From: an uncultured Alphaproteobacteria bacterium
GTDB lineage: Bacteria > Pseudomonadota > Alphaproteobacteria > Sneathiellales > Sneathiellaceae
Assembly (NCBI GenBank): GCA_913062525.1
Contig: CAJXWA010000001.1
Span: forward strand, 2,281-66,280
Direction: 5' to 3'
Length of the DNA stretch: 64,000 nt
A program made the translations under genes and the position numbers. Under the pieces are notes generated by a model. It worked only from the letters and a program-made list of their open reading frames with translations, ran no database searches and was not told where the DNA came from. Of this stretch, positions 18,869 through 29,549 are shown piece by piece (position 1 is the first letter of the stretch; the number at the start of each line of letters is the position of its first letter).

Positions 18869-19963
18869 TTATTTTTCCAAAAATTCGCGCAAAGTATCCA
18901 TAACAGCATGGTTTTGATCATCAGTGCCAACTGACATACGCAAGCAAGTCGGTAAACCGTATGACGCCACACTTCGCAAGATTAAGCCGCGGGAATTCAA
19001 AAACGCATCTGCATCCGTTGCGCTTTTCCCCGTATTCGCAAAATCCATCAAAATAAAGTTACCAACACTATCAGGGATATCAAGACCCATCCCCCGCAAG
19101 TTCTGCACAAGGATCGGGATCCATTTATCATTATGGGCAATGGCTTTTTCCACAAACTCTTGATCACGAACAGCGGCGACACCTGCAGCTTGTGCAATTG
19201 CGTTCACATTAAAGGGTCCGCGAATTCGGTTCAGCACATCGATGACTTCGTCGGGACCATAAGCCCAGCCAACACGCAGAGATGACAGGCCATAAATTTT
19301 TGAAAACGTCCGGGTCATGATAACGTTTTTGTTGTAGGCAACCAAATCAACGCCCGCTTCGTAATCGCTTTTACGGACGTATTCCGCGTAAGCCGCGTCC
19401 AGAACCAACAGAATATCACTCCGTAATCCCGCATGAAGTCTTTCAACTTCAGAGATCGAAATATAGGTTCCGGTTGGATTGTTGGGGTTCGCAAGGAACA
19501 AAATTTTAGTATTTTCAGTGACCGCTGCAAGCAATGCATCAACATCTGATCGCAGATCATGCTCAGGTGCTTTTACCGGTGTTGCGCCATTTGACAAAGC
19601 CGCAAGTTCATAAACCAAAAAGCCATGTTCTGAAAATAGAACCTCGTTCCCTGGACCAGCATAAGCATTTGTGATCAAAGAGAGAAGTTCGTCAGATCCG
19701 TTTCCGCAAACAAGATTTCCTGCAGGCAGTTTATGGACGTCGGCAATCGCCGCGATTAACTCGCCAGAGCCGCCATCGGGATAATAATGAAGTTTGTCAC
19801 CCAGATCCGCTAAGACAGCTTTCGCTTTAGGGCTCGCCCCAAGAGGTGTCTCATTGGAAGAAAGTTTAGCAACTTTCTGGGTCCCCGCAGATGTTGACTT
19901 GCCGCCAACGTATGGGGTGATATCCAGAATTCCAGGCTTAGGTGTTGGAAGCAAGGAGGACAT
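18869..19963 (-). CDS. hisC: Histidinol-phosphate aminotransferase
   Basis: KLSSNETP, GNGSDELL, NPNNPTG, RTFSKIYGL..LRVGW. Confidence 0.95.
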   Translation of the reverse strand: MSSLLPTPKPGILDITPYVGGKSTSAGTQKVAKLSSNETPLGASPKAKAVLADLGDKLHYYPDGGSGELIAAIADVHKLPAGNLVCGNGSDELLSLITNAYAGPGNEVLFSEHGFLVYELAALSNGATPVKAPEHDLRSDVDALLAAVTENTKILFLANPNNPTGTYISISEVERLHAGLRSDILLVLDAAYAEYVRKSDYEAGVDLVAYNKNVIMTRTFSKIYGLSSLRVGWAYGPDEVIDVLNRIRGPFNVNAIAQAAGVAAVRDQEFVEKAIAHNDKWIPILVQNLRGMGLDIPDSVGNFILMDFANTGKSATDADAFLNSRGLILRSVASYGLPTCLRMSVGTDDQNHAVMDTLREFLEK

Positions 19964-19989
19964 GGAGGTTACTCTCAATTAATTTATAT

Positions 19990-20847
19990 TTAGGATTGAA
20001 TGGGAACGGCGTAAGCCCCCAAAATAACTGTTTTAATGACACTATCACCGACCATTTCGGTGAATTTGGTCAATTGTTCATCCCCGTTAGCGATGAAATG
20101 TGGGACTTGGAATAGATGCAACCAATCCCCTTCTTCAACAGCTGGTGAGCGGGAATCCACGCAATGGCCGTTTAGACCCGATTTTTCCAGATACTCATTA
20201 AGGCGGGCCCGGCTCACTTCATTTTCAGTCATGACAACAAATAGACTGATGTCATTGCCAGATGCTTCTGGCTCGGCTTGACCGATAACTAAGGCATTCA
20301 AATCTTCAAAAGACCCGGATGAGTTTTGAACGAAAGGCAGCGCTGCCAAAATTTTAGGAACAGTGTCGCCGCCTTGTGCCAAATGCTCCCACCAAGTGTC
20401 CCGTTCAATATTCATCCATGGCATAACGCCAAGTTTAGACGGATCAGCAGAAACTTCACGTAAAACAACTGTTGGAGATTTGTGTAATGTCATGGGGGTC
20501 GCCCCACCGAAGTGGCTACGGGCAAGGTCCCAATAGCCCACTGACTTTTCAGGGGCTGTAATTGAAACTGACATGGGTTTTTGCATACGACAAACAGCGG
20601 CGATAATTTCTCGCCAAATGTTGGCCACAACCACATCCGGTAAATCGCTGGAATGGCGTTCCAAAATACGGCGCATAACGTTCGCTTCGCGGCCCGGCCG
20701 AAATGCCAAAGCAGCGCCGTCATCTTCTTTGGCTGCAGCGATATCTTTTACGATCTCAATTCTCTGTTCGAGAATATTCAGCAATTCCGTATCAAGGCGA
20801 TCAATTTCAGACCGAAGCGTTTCAAGTTTTTTATTCGTTTTTTTCAC
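19990..20847 (-). CDS. Chorismate mutase (AroQ) with alphaproteobacterial C-terminal domain
   Basis: LR.EID.LD..LL..L..R, RPGREA; upstream of hisC. Confidence 0.85.
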   Translation of the reverse strand: MKKTNKKLETLRSEIDRLDTELLNILEQRIEIVKDIAAAKEDDGAALAFRPGREANVMRRILERHSSDLPDVVVANIWREIIAAVCRMQKPMSVSITAPEKSVGYWDLARSHFGGATPMTLHKSPTVVLREVSADPSKLGVMPWMNIERDTWWEHLAQGGDTVPKILAALPFVQNSSGSFEDLNALVIGQAEPEASGNDISLFVVMTENEVSRARLNEYLEKSGLNGHCVDSRSPAVEEGDWLHLFQVPHFIANGDEQLTKFTEMVGDSVIKTVILGAYAVPIQS

Positions 20848-21000
20848 GTTTCATTCCTGAAATACGGTACCAAATGGTAGAAAAGTCCAGCAAGAGCCAA
20901 AATCAAGATCCAAAACCAAAGAAATCATTGACAGATATTGCTCCTCGGCTCTAGCTATCAGCAAAATAGACGAAAACAAAGATTTTTTTGACCCTAGAAT

Positions 21001-22164
21001 GTGAAAAGAGCCAGAGCCGTGTCAATTATCCCGCCAGAATCGAACCACCATTCCGTGATATTGGGGAAAGATAAACCCATGCCATTGGATTGCGGTGCGA
21101 TGATGAGTGACATTACCATGGCCTACAACACCTATGGAACACTGAATGCTGACCATAGCAATGCCGTTCTCGTTTGCCATGCCTTGACCGGAGATCAACA
21201 CGCAGCGAGCAGGCAACCTCTCACCGGTAAAGATGGCTGGTGGAGCGTAATGATCGGCCCCGGTAAAGTTCTGGATACAGACAAGTATTTTGTTGTCTGC
21301 TCCAACATTCTTGGTGGCTGCATGGGGACTGTGGGGCCCAAGGATATCAACCCTGAAACGGGGGAGGCCTATGGTCTAGACTTTCCAATCATCACCATCG
21401 CTGACATGGTTCGCACCCAGGCGCTACTGCAAGATTACCTTGAAATTCCAAGTTGGTTTTCTGTCGTGGGCGGATCTATGGGGGGTATGCAAGTTCTGCA
21501 ATGGGCAAGTGCATACCCTGAGCGTTGTTTCAGTGCTATTCCCATCGCGACAGCGGCAAAACATTCGGCACAAAACATCGCCTTTCATGAGGTTGGTCGC
21601 CAAGCTGTTATGGCCGATCCGGAATGGCACGGCGGTAAATATCTAGAGCAGGGTAAAAATCCGCGCGCCGGACTGGCAGTCGCCCGTATGGCAGCCCATG
21701 TGACATATTTATCCGAATCAGCCTTGCACCGAAAATTTGGGCGTAATTTGCAAGACCGAGATGACTTAACTTACGGGTTTGATGCAGAATTTCAGGTAGA
21801 AAGCTATTTGCGGTACCAAGGCATCAATTTTGTCGATCGTTTTGATGCCAACTCCTACCTGTATGTAACCCGGGCAATGGATTATTTTGATCTGGCGAGC
21901 GATCATGGTGGATCATTACCAGCCGCATTTGAGGGGACACCGACACGTTTCTGCGTTGTGTCCTTCTCCAGTGACTGGTTATTCCCAACCACCGAAAGTA
22001 AAGATGTTGTCCGCGCACTTATTGCGGCAGCGGCAAATGTCAGCTTTGTTGAGATCGAAACAGACAAAGGCCATGACGCCTTTCTTTTGGATACACCTGA
22101 AATGCTTCAAACTATTGGCGGATTTTTAGCAGCTACTGCAAAAAGTAGAGGGCTAACCCAATGA
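21001..22164 (+). CDS. metX: Homoserine O-acetyltransferase
   Basis: [30 protein letters not shown]. Confidence 0.95.
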   Translation: MKRARAVSIIPPESNHHSVILGKDKPMPLDCGAMMSDITMAYNTYGTLNADHSNAVLVCHALTGDQHAASRQPLTGKDGWWSVMIGPGKVLDTDKYFVVCSNILGGCMGTVGPKDINPETGEAYGLDFPIITIADMVRTQALLQDYLEIPSWFSVVGGSMGGMQVLQWASAYPERCFSAIPIATAAKHSAQNIAFHEVGRQAVMADPEWHGGKYLEQGKNPRAGLAVARMAAHVTYLSESALHRKFGRNLQDRDDLTYGFDAEFQVESYLRYQGINFVDRFDANSYLYVTRAMDYFDLASDHGGSLPAAFEGTPTRFCVVSFSSDWLFPTTESKDVVRALIAAAANVSFVEIETDKGHDAFLLDTPEMLQTIGGFLAATAKSRGLTQ

Positions 22165-22796
22165 TCAAAAATACAACTCTCACTCGCCCGCAAGATATTC
22201 GTGTGGACTTGCAACTTATTGCAGAAATGGTTGAGCCCGGAAGTCGGGTTCTCGACGTGGGCTGCGCCGACGGCACACTTTTAAGCCACCTCATTTCCAC
22301 GAAAGACGTTGATGGACGTGGTATCGAACTAAGCCAAGCCGGCGTAAATTCCTGCGTCGCCAAGGGGCTGTCCATTGTACAAGGCGATGCTGACACAGAT
22401 TTGACAGACTATCCTAATAAGGGCTTTGACTACGCGATTTTAAGCCAAACCTTGCAAGCAACGCATCGGCCCAAATTGGTCATGGAACAATTGCTTCGCG
22501 TTGGGAAAAAAGCAGTCGTTTCTTTTCCAAATTTTGCCTTTTGGCGCTGTCGTTGGTATCTGGCAGTTAATGGCCGTATGCCCATGACCAGTTCGCTTGA
22601 TTATGCGTGGCACGAAACACCCAACATTCACTTTTGCACCTTGCGGGATTTCACAGTTCTGTGTGACGAACTGGGTATCAAACTTGAAAAATCCATCATT
22701 GTCGGCAGTGATGGTCGCGTTCTGGATTACGATATCAACAGTCGCAGAGCGAATTTTTTCGCTGCGCAATGTGTGTTCTTATTGTCCGATAAATAA
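22161..22796 (+). CDS. metW: Methionine biosynthesis protein MetW
   Basis: [30 protein letters not shown]. Confidence 0.95.
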   Translation: MIKNTTLTRPQDIRVDLQLIAEMVEPGSRVLDVGCADGTLLSHLISTKDVDGRGIELSQAGVNSCVAKGLSIVQGDADTDLTDYPNKGFDYAILSQTLQATHRPKLVMEQLLRVGKKAVVSFPNFAFWRCRWYLAVNGRMPMTSSLDYAWHETPNIHFCTLRDFTVLCDELGIKLEKSIIVGSDGRVLDYDINSRRANFFAAQCVFLLSDK

Positions 22797-23570
22797 TTAT
22801 TTGTTCCGGAAGCGGTTCAATTTTTCTGCTCCCGTCGTGCTCGCCCCAATGGGCCGGGCCGCAGGGGCAATCAACGGGCGTAGTCTTTTCCGCTTTTGAG
22901 GTACTTCTGGTATGGCGTAAATTTGTTTTTCCGCCTCGATAAACCTGACACCGCTAAACCGCGGCCACCATTTTTCGCCCATATTCTCGACGAACTGCGA
23001 TAGCCTTAGGTTAAATCGCGTCCCACTTGGCGGGAAATATAAAGCCCCGTGCACATCTCCGTACGTAAACATATTGTCTCGTAAAACTTGACGAAGCTGC
23101 CGATCTGAATAGGAATAACCGTACCCAAAAGGTGTATTTTCAAGCCGTGCCCAAAGCCCTCGCCGAGCGGGGACAACTACAAGTAATTTTCCGCTTGAGG
23201 TTAGAATACGCCAAACCTCTTGCAAGACATCATCTGCCGCCCGCGTATTCTCCAAGCCATGAACAAGGATCACCCGGTCGATTGAATTATCAGGGAGCGG
23301 TAATCCAGCCTCGTCCGCAAGTCCCACGAGGCTCGGGCCGCCATGGGGCCATTGAATAACCCCCTGCTGCGCTGGCATCAAAGCGATGGTTCGCTCTGTC
23401 TCGTTTCTAAAGGGGTATAGATACGGCGTCGCATATCCCAACCCCAACAGCCGGAAATTTGAAATATCCGGCCATATGTGACGGATTTTACGCACAAGCG
23501 CTTTTCTCACAACAACGCCAAGGCGGGTATGGTAGAATTTTCTTAAATCAATGACATCGGGTCGCATCAT
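22797..23570 (-). CDS. Class I SAM-dependent methyltransferase (YafS-like)
   Basis: LGLGYATPYL, MPAQQGV..WP, TPFGYG; divergent from gloB. Confidence 0.85.
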   Translation of the reverse strand: MMRPDVIDLRKFYHTRLGVVVRKALVRKIRHIWPDISNFRLLGLGYATPYLYPFRNETERTIALMPAQQGVIQWPHGGPSLVGLADEAGLPLPDNSIDRVILVHGLENTRAADDVLQEVWRILTSSGKLLVVVPARRGLWARLENTPFGYGYSYSDRQLRQVLRDNMFTYGDVHGALYFPPSGTRFNLRLSQFVENMGEKWWPRFSGVRFIEAEKQIYAIPEVPQKRKRLRPLIAPAARPIGASTTGAEKLNRFRNK

Positions 23571-23622
23571 GGTAGTATACTGCCTAGCATGGAATAATTC
23601 TTACAATAGAAGTCTGAAGCCA

Positions 23623-24393
23623 ATGAGCAAACTGGAAATTCATCAAATCCCTGTTCTAAATGATAATTATCTATATCTGATTAAGGATCCAGATAGTGAT
23701 GCGGTTGCAATTGTCGACCCCGCCGAAGCCGATCCGGTGCTTGCAAAGCTCGACGAGTTGGGCTGGAAATTGACTCATATTCTCAACACCCACCATCACT
23801 GGGATCACACTGGAGCAAATCTCGAACTCAAAGAAAAGACCGGCTGCACCATCGTGGGCTCCGCCTATGATGTGGCGCGGATACCGGGCATTGATATTGA
23901 GGTCTCTGAAGACCAGCCGTACATGTTTGGCTCACAAAAGGCACAAATTTTCGAAGTTTCCGGCCATACAAATGGTCACATTGCCTATTGGTTTGAAGGC
24001 TCTGACGCGTTGTTCTGCGGCGATACATTGTTTGCCCTTGGATGTGGAAGGTTGTTTGAAGGAACGCCGGCAAAAATGTGGGAAAGTCTTCAGAAATTAA
24101 GGATTTTACCGGATCCTACAAAAATTTATTGCGCCCATGAATATACTGAGGCCAACGCCAATTTTGCCCTTACCATTGAGCCGCAAAATTCTGATCTTAA
24201 AAAACGCTTCGATGAAATTCTCAAATTACGCGCTGCAAACAAACCAACAGTCCCCTCCACAATTGGCGATGAGAAAGCCACTAACCCTTTTTTGCGCCCT
24301 GACGTTACTGACATTCAAAAAAACCTTCAAATGCAAGGGGCCGATGTGGCCGACGTATTTGCAGAGATTAGAGCCCGGAAAGACTCCTTTTAA
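23623..24393 (+). CDS. gloB: Hydroxyacylglutathione hydrolase (glyoxalase II)
   Basis: NTHHHWDHTG, GDTLFALGCGRLFE, CAHEYT, TNPFLR. Confidence 0.95.
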   Translation: MSKLEIHQIPVLNDNYLYLIKDPDSDAVAIVDPAEADPVLAKLDELGWKLTHILNTHHHWDHTGANLELKEKTGCTIVGSAYDVARIPGIDIEVSEDQPYMFGSQKAQIFEVSGHTNGHIAYWFEGSDALFCGDTLFALGCGRLFEGTPAKMWESLQKLRILPDPTKIYCAHEYTEANANFALTIEPQNSDLKKRFDEILKLRAANKPTVPSTIGDEKATNPFLRPDVTDIQKNLQMQGADVADVFAEIRARKDSF

Positions 24394-24423
24394 AAACACC
24401 TACACAATAAAACGGATGATTAC

Positions 24424-24843
24424 ATGAAATACCTGCATACGATGGTACGCGTAAAAGATTTGGACGCGAGTATGAATTTCTATTGCAAATGCTTAGGTCT
24501 CAAAGAGGTTCGGCGGAAAGATATAGAAGCGGGCCGCTTTTCACTCATCTTTCTAGCACCAGAAGGGCAGGAAGATGCCCAAGTTGAACTCACTCATAAT
24601 TGGGATCCTGAAGACTACGACGAAGGCCGCAATTTTGGCCACTTGGCGTATGAAGTGGATGATATCTACGCTGTTTGCCAACACATGATGGACAATGGGG
24701 TGACGATTAATCGCCCGCCACGGGATGGCCGCATGGCATTCGTCCGCTCACCTGACAATATATCTGTGGAACTTTTGCAAAAAGGCGAAGCACTTGCCCC
24801 CGCCGCTCCGTGGGCGGACATGGAAAACACCGGAAAATGGTAG
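24424..24843 (+). CDS. gloA: Lactoylglutathione lyase (glyoxalase I)
   Basis: YLHTMVRV, ELTHNW, FGHLAYEV, RSPDNISVELLQ. Confidence 0.9.
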   Translation: MKYLHTMVRVKDLDASMNFYCKCLGLKEVRRKDIEAGRFSLIFLAPEGQEDAQVELTHNWDPEDYDEGRNFGHLAYEVDDIYAVCQHMMDNGVTINRPPRDGRMAFVRSPDNISVELLQKGEALAPAAPWADMENTGKW

Positions 24844-24863
24844 TTTAATGTGAGGGGAGCGAT

Positions 24864-25763
24864 TTAACTTTTGCTCCCCATCATGTCTTTGAAAATATTC
24901 AACGATCCTATGGCCGCGCCAATTGTGATTAACCCACATCCAACCAGCAACGCCCAACTAATAGCGGTATCGGCAAAGACCAAAAGCAGGAGTGTCGATA
25001 AAAGCGGCGAAATGTAGGACAGAACACCAAGCCCTTGAATATCACCGCGCTTAACACCCAAATCCCACAAGAAAAATGCGGCGCCTACTGGCCCTAGACC
25101 TAGCCCAATAACAGCCAGCCATTCACCCGCAGTACCCGGTAAAACAGTTTCTTCAAAAGCCAGATGGCAAACCAGTGACAACACAGCCGTCACCCCACAA
25201 AAAACACCAACCACATCAGTGGAAACATCCGCAAATTTCCGACTCAGAACCGAATAGCTGGACCAGATAAAAGCACAGGCAATTGCGGCCAGATATCCAT
25301 TAATGTAGTCAGGTTGGATGGATAATGCCTCTCCCTTCGTGATGAGCAAGCCAGCGCCTAGCAGACTGATTAAGGCCCCAACAACATGAAACCAAAAAAG
25401 CCTTTCTCCCGGCAAGAAAGCCGAGAAAAGGACGATTAGCAGCGGCCATAAATAGGCAATCAGGCCTGCTTCTGCTGCAGGTGCAGATTTCAGCGCCATA
25501 AAATAGAAGAAATGATATCCAAACAATCCTCCAACACCCAGCAGCCATAATGCTGGTGGTAGCTTAATAAGGTTGAGAATATCATCACCTGCCACAATCC
25601 ACTTGATCACCACAGCTGAAAACGCGATAGCAAAACTCATAGCGGTTAATTGAAACGGGGGAATGTCACCTGTAAAAACGGTGAATAAGGCGAGTAATGC
25701 CCAAAGCAAAATTGCGACAAAGCCGCACAAAGTCGCTTGTAATCTAGAAAGAGGTTTGCTCAA
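24864..25763 (-). CDS. DMT/EamA transporter (YddG-like)
   Basis: GGLFGYHFFYF.AL, LIAYLWPLL, GPVGAAFF.WD. Confidence 0.88.
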   Translation of the reverse strand: MSKPLSRLQATLCGFVAILLWALLALFTVFTGDIPPFQLTAMSFAIAFSAVVIKWIVAGDDILNLIKLPPALWLLGVGGLFGYHFFYFMALKSAPAAEAGLIAYLWPLLIVLFSAFLPGERLFWFHVVGALISLLGAGLLITKGEALSIQPDYINGYLAAIACAFIWSSYSVLSRKFADVSTDVVGVFCGVTAVLSLVCHLAFEETVLPGTAGEWLAVIGLGLGPVGAAFFLWDLGVKRGDIQGLGVLSYISPLLSTLLLLVFADTAISWALLVGCGLITIGAAIGSLNIFKDMMGSKS

Positions 25764-25832
25764 TTTTGCTATCCTTCAGGTCATTTCTAAGTTCGACAGC
25801 AAACATATAGGGAGCCAGAGACGTAGAAAAGC

Positions 25833-25870
25833 GAAAAGGCATGCGTCCAAGGGAGAAAACATGCCTTTTC
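25833..25870 (-). terminator. Putative terminator after phaB
   Basis: GAAAAGGCATG / CATGCCTTTTC inverted repeat. Confidence 0.6.
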
Positions 25871-25895
25871 ATAAGTTGGTTTGACAGGAACCAAC

Positions 25896-26618
25896 CTAGT
25901 ACATGTGTTGTCCGCCATTGATTGACAATGTAGATCCAGTTACAAAACCGGCATCATCAGCAACCAAGAAACAAACACCACGCGCGATTTCACTGGCTTG
26001 GCCAAGACGGCCAACTGGTATTTTCGCGACAATTTTTTCAAGAACCGCCGGGGGAACAGCAGCAACCATTTCGGTATCAATATAACCCGGAGCAATGGCG
26101 TTTACCGTAATCCCTTGGCCCGCGCCCTCCTGTGCCATTGCTTTTGTAAACCCGTGGATACCGGATTTAGCCGCGGCATAGTTCACCTGACCGTATTGAC
26201 CAGCCTGACCATTAATTGAGCCAATATTGACCACACGACCAAATTTTGCTTCCCGCATGCCCTCAATAGTCGCTCGGCACATGTTGAAACAAGAGCCCAA
26301 GTTTGTATCAATGACTGATTGCCATTTTAGTGGATCCATACGGTGCAAAGTACCGTCGCGAGTAATTCCCGCATTATTGACGACGATGGCGACAGATCCC
26401 AAGTCTTCATTCACTTGTGCAACGCCTTGCATACAAGCGTCGTAGTCAGAAACATCCCATTTATACGTCCGAATACCGGTTCTCTCGGAAAATTCTTTCG
26501 CTTTGGCATCGTCACCACCATACGCGGCAGCAACAGTATAACCTTTGTCGTTCAACATTATGGAAATGGCTTCACCAATTCCGCGCGTCCCACCTGTTAC
26601 AATTGCAACTCTTCCCAT
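25896..26618 (-). CDS. phaB: Acetoacetyl-CoA reductase
   Basis: TGGTRGIG, NNAGITRD, GQYGQVNYAAAKSG, NGGQHMY. Confidence 0.95.
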   Translation of the reverse strand: MGRVAIVTGGTRGIGEAISIMLNDKGYTVAAAYGGDDAKAKEFSERTGIRTYKWDVSDYDACMQGVAQVNEDLGSVAIVVNNAGITRDGTLHRMDPLKWQSVIDTNLGSCFNMCRATIEGMREAKFGRVVNIGSINGQAGQYGQVNYAAAKSGIHGFTKAMAQEGAGQGITVNAIAPGYIDTEMVAAVPPAVLEKIVAKIPVGRLGQASEIARGVCFLVADDAGFVTGSTLSINGGQHMY

Positions 26619-26647
26619 TTCGTTTGATCCTTGATCTGAGTTTTAGT

Positions 26648-27820
26648 TTATCTTTCTACACACATCGCAATACCCATGCCGCCACCGATACACAGCGTGG
26701 CAAGCCCTTTTTTCGCGTCCCGTTTTTGCATTTCATGCAAAAGGGTTACGAGAATTCTTGCGCCAGAAGCGCCAATTGGATGTCCAATGGCAATTGCGCC
26801 GCCATTGACATTCACTTTATCTGTATCCCATCCGAGATCTTTATTGACGGCGCAAGCCTGCGCTGCGAAGGCTTCGTTCGCCTCAACAAGATCCAAGTCG
26901 TCTGTTGTCCAGCCAGCTTTTTCCAATGCCAGGCGGCTTGCAGGAATTGGCCCAGAGCCCATAATCGATGGATCAACACCTACTTGCGCCCAAGACACCA
27001 CGCGTGCAAGCGGCTTCAAACCACGTTTCGCTGCTTCATCTGCAGACATCATCACCACCGCTGCAGCGCCGTCATTAATACCAGATGCATTCCCTGCAGT
27101 GACACTTCCTCCGTCTTTTTGAAAAGCTGTGCGCAAACCAGACAATTTTTCAAAAGTAGTTCCGCCGCGAATATATTCATCTTCGCTAACGATAGTTTCG
27201 CCTTTACGGGTTTTAATCGTAACCGGAACGATTTCGTCCTTGAACCGGCCTTCAGCTTGGGCAGCGGCCGCTTTTGCTTGCGACGCGGCTGCAAACTGAT
27301 CTTGTTGCTCACGTGTAATCTGCCATTTAGCAGCTACATTTTCCGCTGTATTACCCATGTGGTAGCCATAAAACGCATCCATAAGGCCGTCGGTCAGCAT
27401 TGTGTCGGTGAATTCCAAGCTTCCCATTTTCTGGCCATCTCGCAGATGGGCACAATGTGGGGCTTGGCTCATGCTTTCCTGGCCGCCAGCCACAACAACA
27501 CTGCTATCACCGTTCAAAACTGCCTGAAAGCCAAGCGCTACTGCCCGCAAACCTGATCCACAAAGCTGATTAACGCCCCACGCCGGAACCTCTACAGGAA
27601 GATCAGCGCCCATTGCGGCTTGCCGTGCTGGATTCTGTCCTTCGCCTGCTGTCAAAATCTGACCCAGAATAACTTCTGATACGTCTGCACCATCAGTTTT
27701 TGAGCGACTTAGGGCTTCGCGGATCACCACTTCACCCAATTTGTGAGCAGGAAGACTGGACAGTCCACCGCTAAATGAGCCAACCGGTGTACGTACTGCA
27801 CTTGTAATAACAACTTCCAT
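26648..27820 (-). CDS. phaA: Acetyl-CoA acetyltransferase (beta-ketothiolase)
   Basis: [28 protein letters not shown]. Confidence 0.95.
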   Translation of the reverse strand: MEVVITSAVRTPVGSFSGGLSSLPAHKLGEVVIREALSRSKTDGADVSEVILGQILTAGEGQNPARQAAMGADLPVEVPAWGVNQLCGSGLRAVALGFQAVLNGDSSVVVAGGQESMSQAPHCAHLRDGQKMGSLEFTDTMLTDGLMDAFYGYHMGNTAENVAAKWQITREQQDQFAAASQAKAAAAQAEGRFKDEIVPVTIKTRKGETIVSEDEYIRGGTTFEKLSGLRTAFQKDGGSVTAGNASGINDGAAAVVMMSADEAAKRGLKPLARVVSWAQVGVDPSIMGSGPIPASRLALEKAGWTTDDLDLVEANEAFAAQACAVNKDLGWDTDKVNVNGGAIAIGHPIGASGARILVTLLHEMQKRDAKKGLATLCIGGGMGIAMCVER

Positions 27821-27968
27821 TTAGGACCTCTTTTCTGGCGATAACTAATTAAACTTCAAATTACACCTCAAACACGTAACTATCGGAAGAATTTGTATCT
27901 TATTACGAAATAACCTTAAAAATTCGCAGATGCAACATTTTTTTGTGCATGCGCAACAAAATATACTA

Positions 27969-29201
27969 CTAAGGAGAAACCCATTTCAATACTTTTACCC
28001 ACAAATCCTTTTTGGCTGTGGATCCCACGATCATTCCAATATGCCCAGAAGACGGGGTCATGAGTGTGGCGTTTGGTATTATATCGGCCAAAGCCCTTGC
28101 GGATTCTGGCGGGACTATTCGGTCTGATTTTGGCACAACAATCATTGAGGGAATAGTAATATTATGAGGCTGAACTAACTTTTCCCCAACCCGCCAATTC
28201 CCAAGAGCTGGAGAATTCTCGCCATACCAATCAACAAAGCAAGTATGGGCCGCCTTTCTAACCAGGGGAACGCCATCATTCAGCCAATCCTCTAGCGCCA
28301 CAAAGGTTTCAGCGCGTTTACTTGATTGCACCATTTGGTCGAACAAGGTGAATTTATTTAGACACAAGTTAGGATCGAGGCATGCAAAAAACGACTGGAT
28401 CAAGTCAACTGGCATCACCCCAAGGGACTGCAATATAGAATCCCAACCCGTTGGATTACCAAGAATAGCTTTCGCACTTTGCCCCAGTCCCTTATGGAAA
28501 TCCCAAGGGGCCGCAATGGTAATTAAACTGGAAAGTTTGTCTTGTTTAAGTTCTGCAAGGGCCGTGGCTAATGTACCCCCCATACAGTATCCGGCCAAAT
28601 GTACGGGTGCCTTCGGAAATCTGTCCAAAACTGAATCCAACGCTGGCACTAATATATTCAGGATGTAATCATCGAGCCCATATTCGTTTTCAACTTCGCT
28701 AGGGACGCCCCAATCGACGACAATTGGACGGACACCACCCTCCACAAGGCCCGCAACAAAACTGTTATCTGGCATCAAATCCAGAATATAAAATTTGTTC
28801 ACCAAAGAAGGGACGAGGAATATTATCGGCGCTGAGTTGGGAAGACCTACCCCATAGTCATAAAGACTAACGGACCCCTTAGACCATAATGTCGGGAGCA
28901 CAGGCATATGACGAAGATATGGGTGACTTTGATATTTCTCAATACCTGACAACATGTGAGTGAGTGCGCTTTGACCTTCCACCCCGAGTGCCGCGATTAA
29001 GTCGGCTGGCGCAAACTGCTGCATATCAGCTTGAATTTTGGCCGCCTCTTCTTGCAACTCAGGAAGCCACGCGAGTGCACCTTCTTTTGCAAGGCCAATA
29101 GCCCCCATGGAGCTACCAAAACTCAAACTTGAAAGAGAAAGATGTAATCCAAGTGGTCTCGGTCCAGATCGTTTGCCCGCAAGCGCCGCCTCCTCCGTCA
29201 T
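27969..29201 (-). CDS. PHA synthase, class III PhaC-like alpha/beta hydrolase
   Basis: VPSLVNKFYILDL, lipase box GYCMGG, DRIVP and GHIG complete the C-D-H triad; lies in the PHA locus. Confidence 0.8.
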   Translation of the reverse strand: MTEEAALAGKRSGPRPLGLHLSLSSLSFGSSMGAIGLAKEGALAWLPELQEEAAKIQADMQQFAPADLIAALGVEGQSALTHMLSGIEKYQSHPYLRHMPVLPTLWSKGSVSLYDYGVGLPNSAPIIFLVPSLVNKFYILDLMPDNSFVAGLVEGGVRPIVVDWGVPSEVENEYGLDDYILNILVPALDSVLDRFPKAPVHLAGYCMGGTLATALAELKQDKLSSLITIAAPWDFHKGLGQSAKAILGNPTGWDSILQSLGVMPVDLIQSFFACLDPNLCLNKFTLFDQMVQSSKRAETFVALEDWLNDGVPLVRKAAHTCFVDWYGENSPALGNWRVGEKLVQPHNITIPSMIVVPKSDRIVPPESARALADIIPNATLMTPSSGHIGMIVGSTAKKDLWVKVLKWVSP

Positions 29202-29413
29202 TGGTCTTCACCGACACCATGATCATCTTCAAGGATAGGATCATGGCTATTATCTTGTAATGATTCTGATTTGAGCCGCTCTGCGATGAATTTGCTTTGC
29301 TCGATAAGCTCTGCTGCCCCTTGCTCCGGGGATTGGGCCAAAAGGGTAACTTGGCGCTGCCACAATCGGAAGAACGCATTTACAGTGGTTTCTATGTCAG
29401 GCTTTTCAGACAT
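29198..29413 (-). CDS. Small hypothetical protein (71 aa) coupled to the phaC-like gene
   Basis: ATGA overlap with the downstream start; helical FFRLWQRQV segment. Confidence 0.6.
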   Translation of the reverse strand: MSEKPDIETTVNAFFRLWQRQVTLLAQSPEQGAAELIEQSKFIAERLKSESLQDNSHDPILEDDHGVGEDQ

Positions 29414-29497
29414 ACTCTTATTATAGCCCCTCTGTTCACGCCAAACCAACAGTCCATTTCAGATCGCATACAGGATTATCATTGCCAAATCAAAAAC

Positions 29498-29529
29498 TGC
29501 ATTGCACAATAACTCTTTGCAGCGCAGCA
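29498..29529 (+). promoter_or_regulatory. Two PhaR-box-like motifs
   Basis: TGCATTGCACAA (29498-29509) and TGCAGCGCAGCA (29518-29529) both fit TGCRNYGCASMA, immediately upstream of phaR. Confidence 0.7.
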
Positions 29530-29549
29530 ATAACAGGGATTGTATAAAC

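Noticed and set aside
26417-27556. 379-aa + strand ORF
   Set aside because: Antisense shadow of phaA/phaB, with no recognisable motifs; codon bias explains the open frame.
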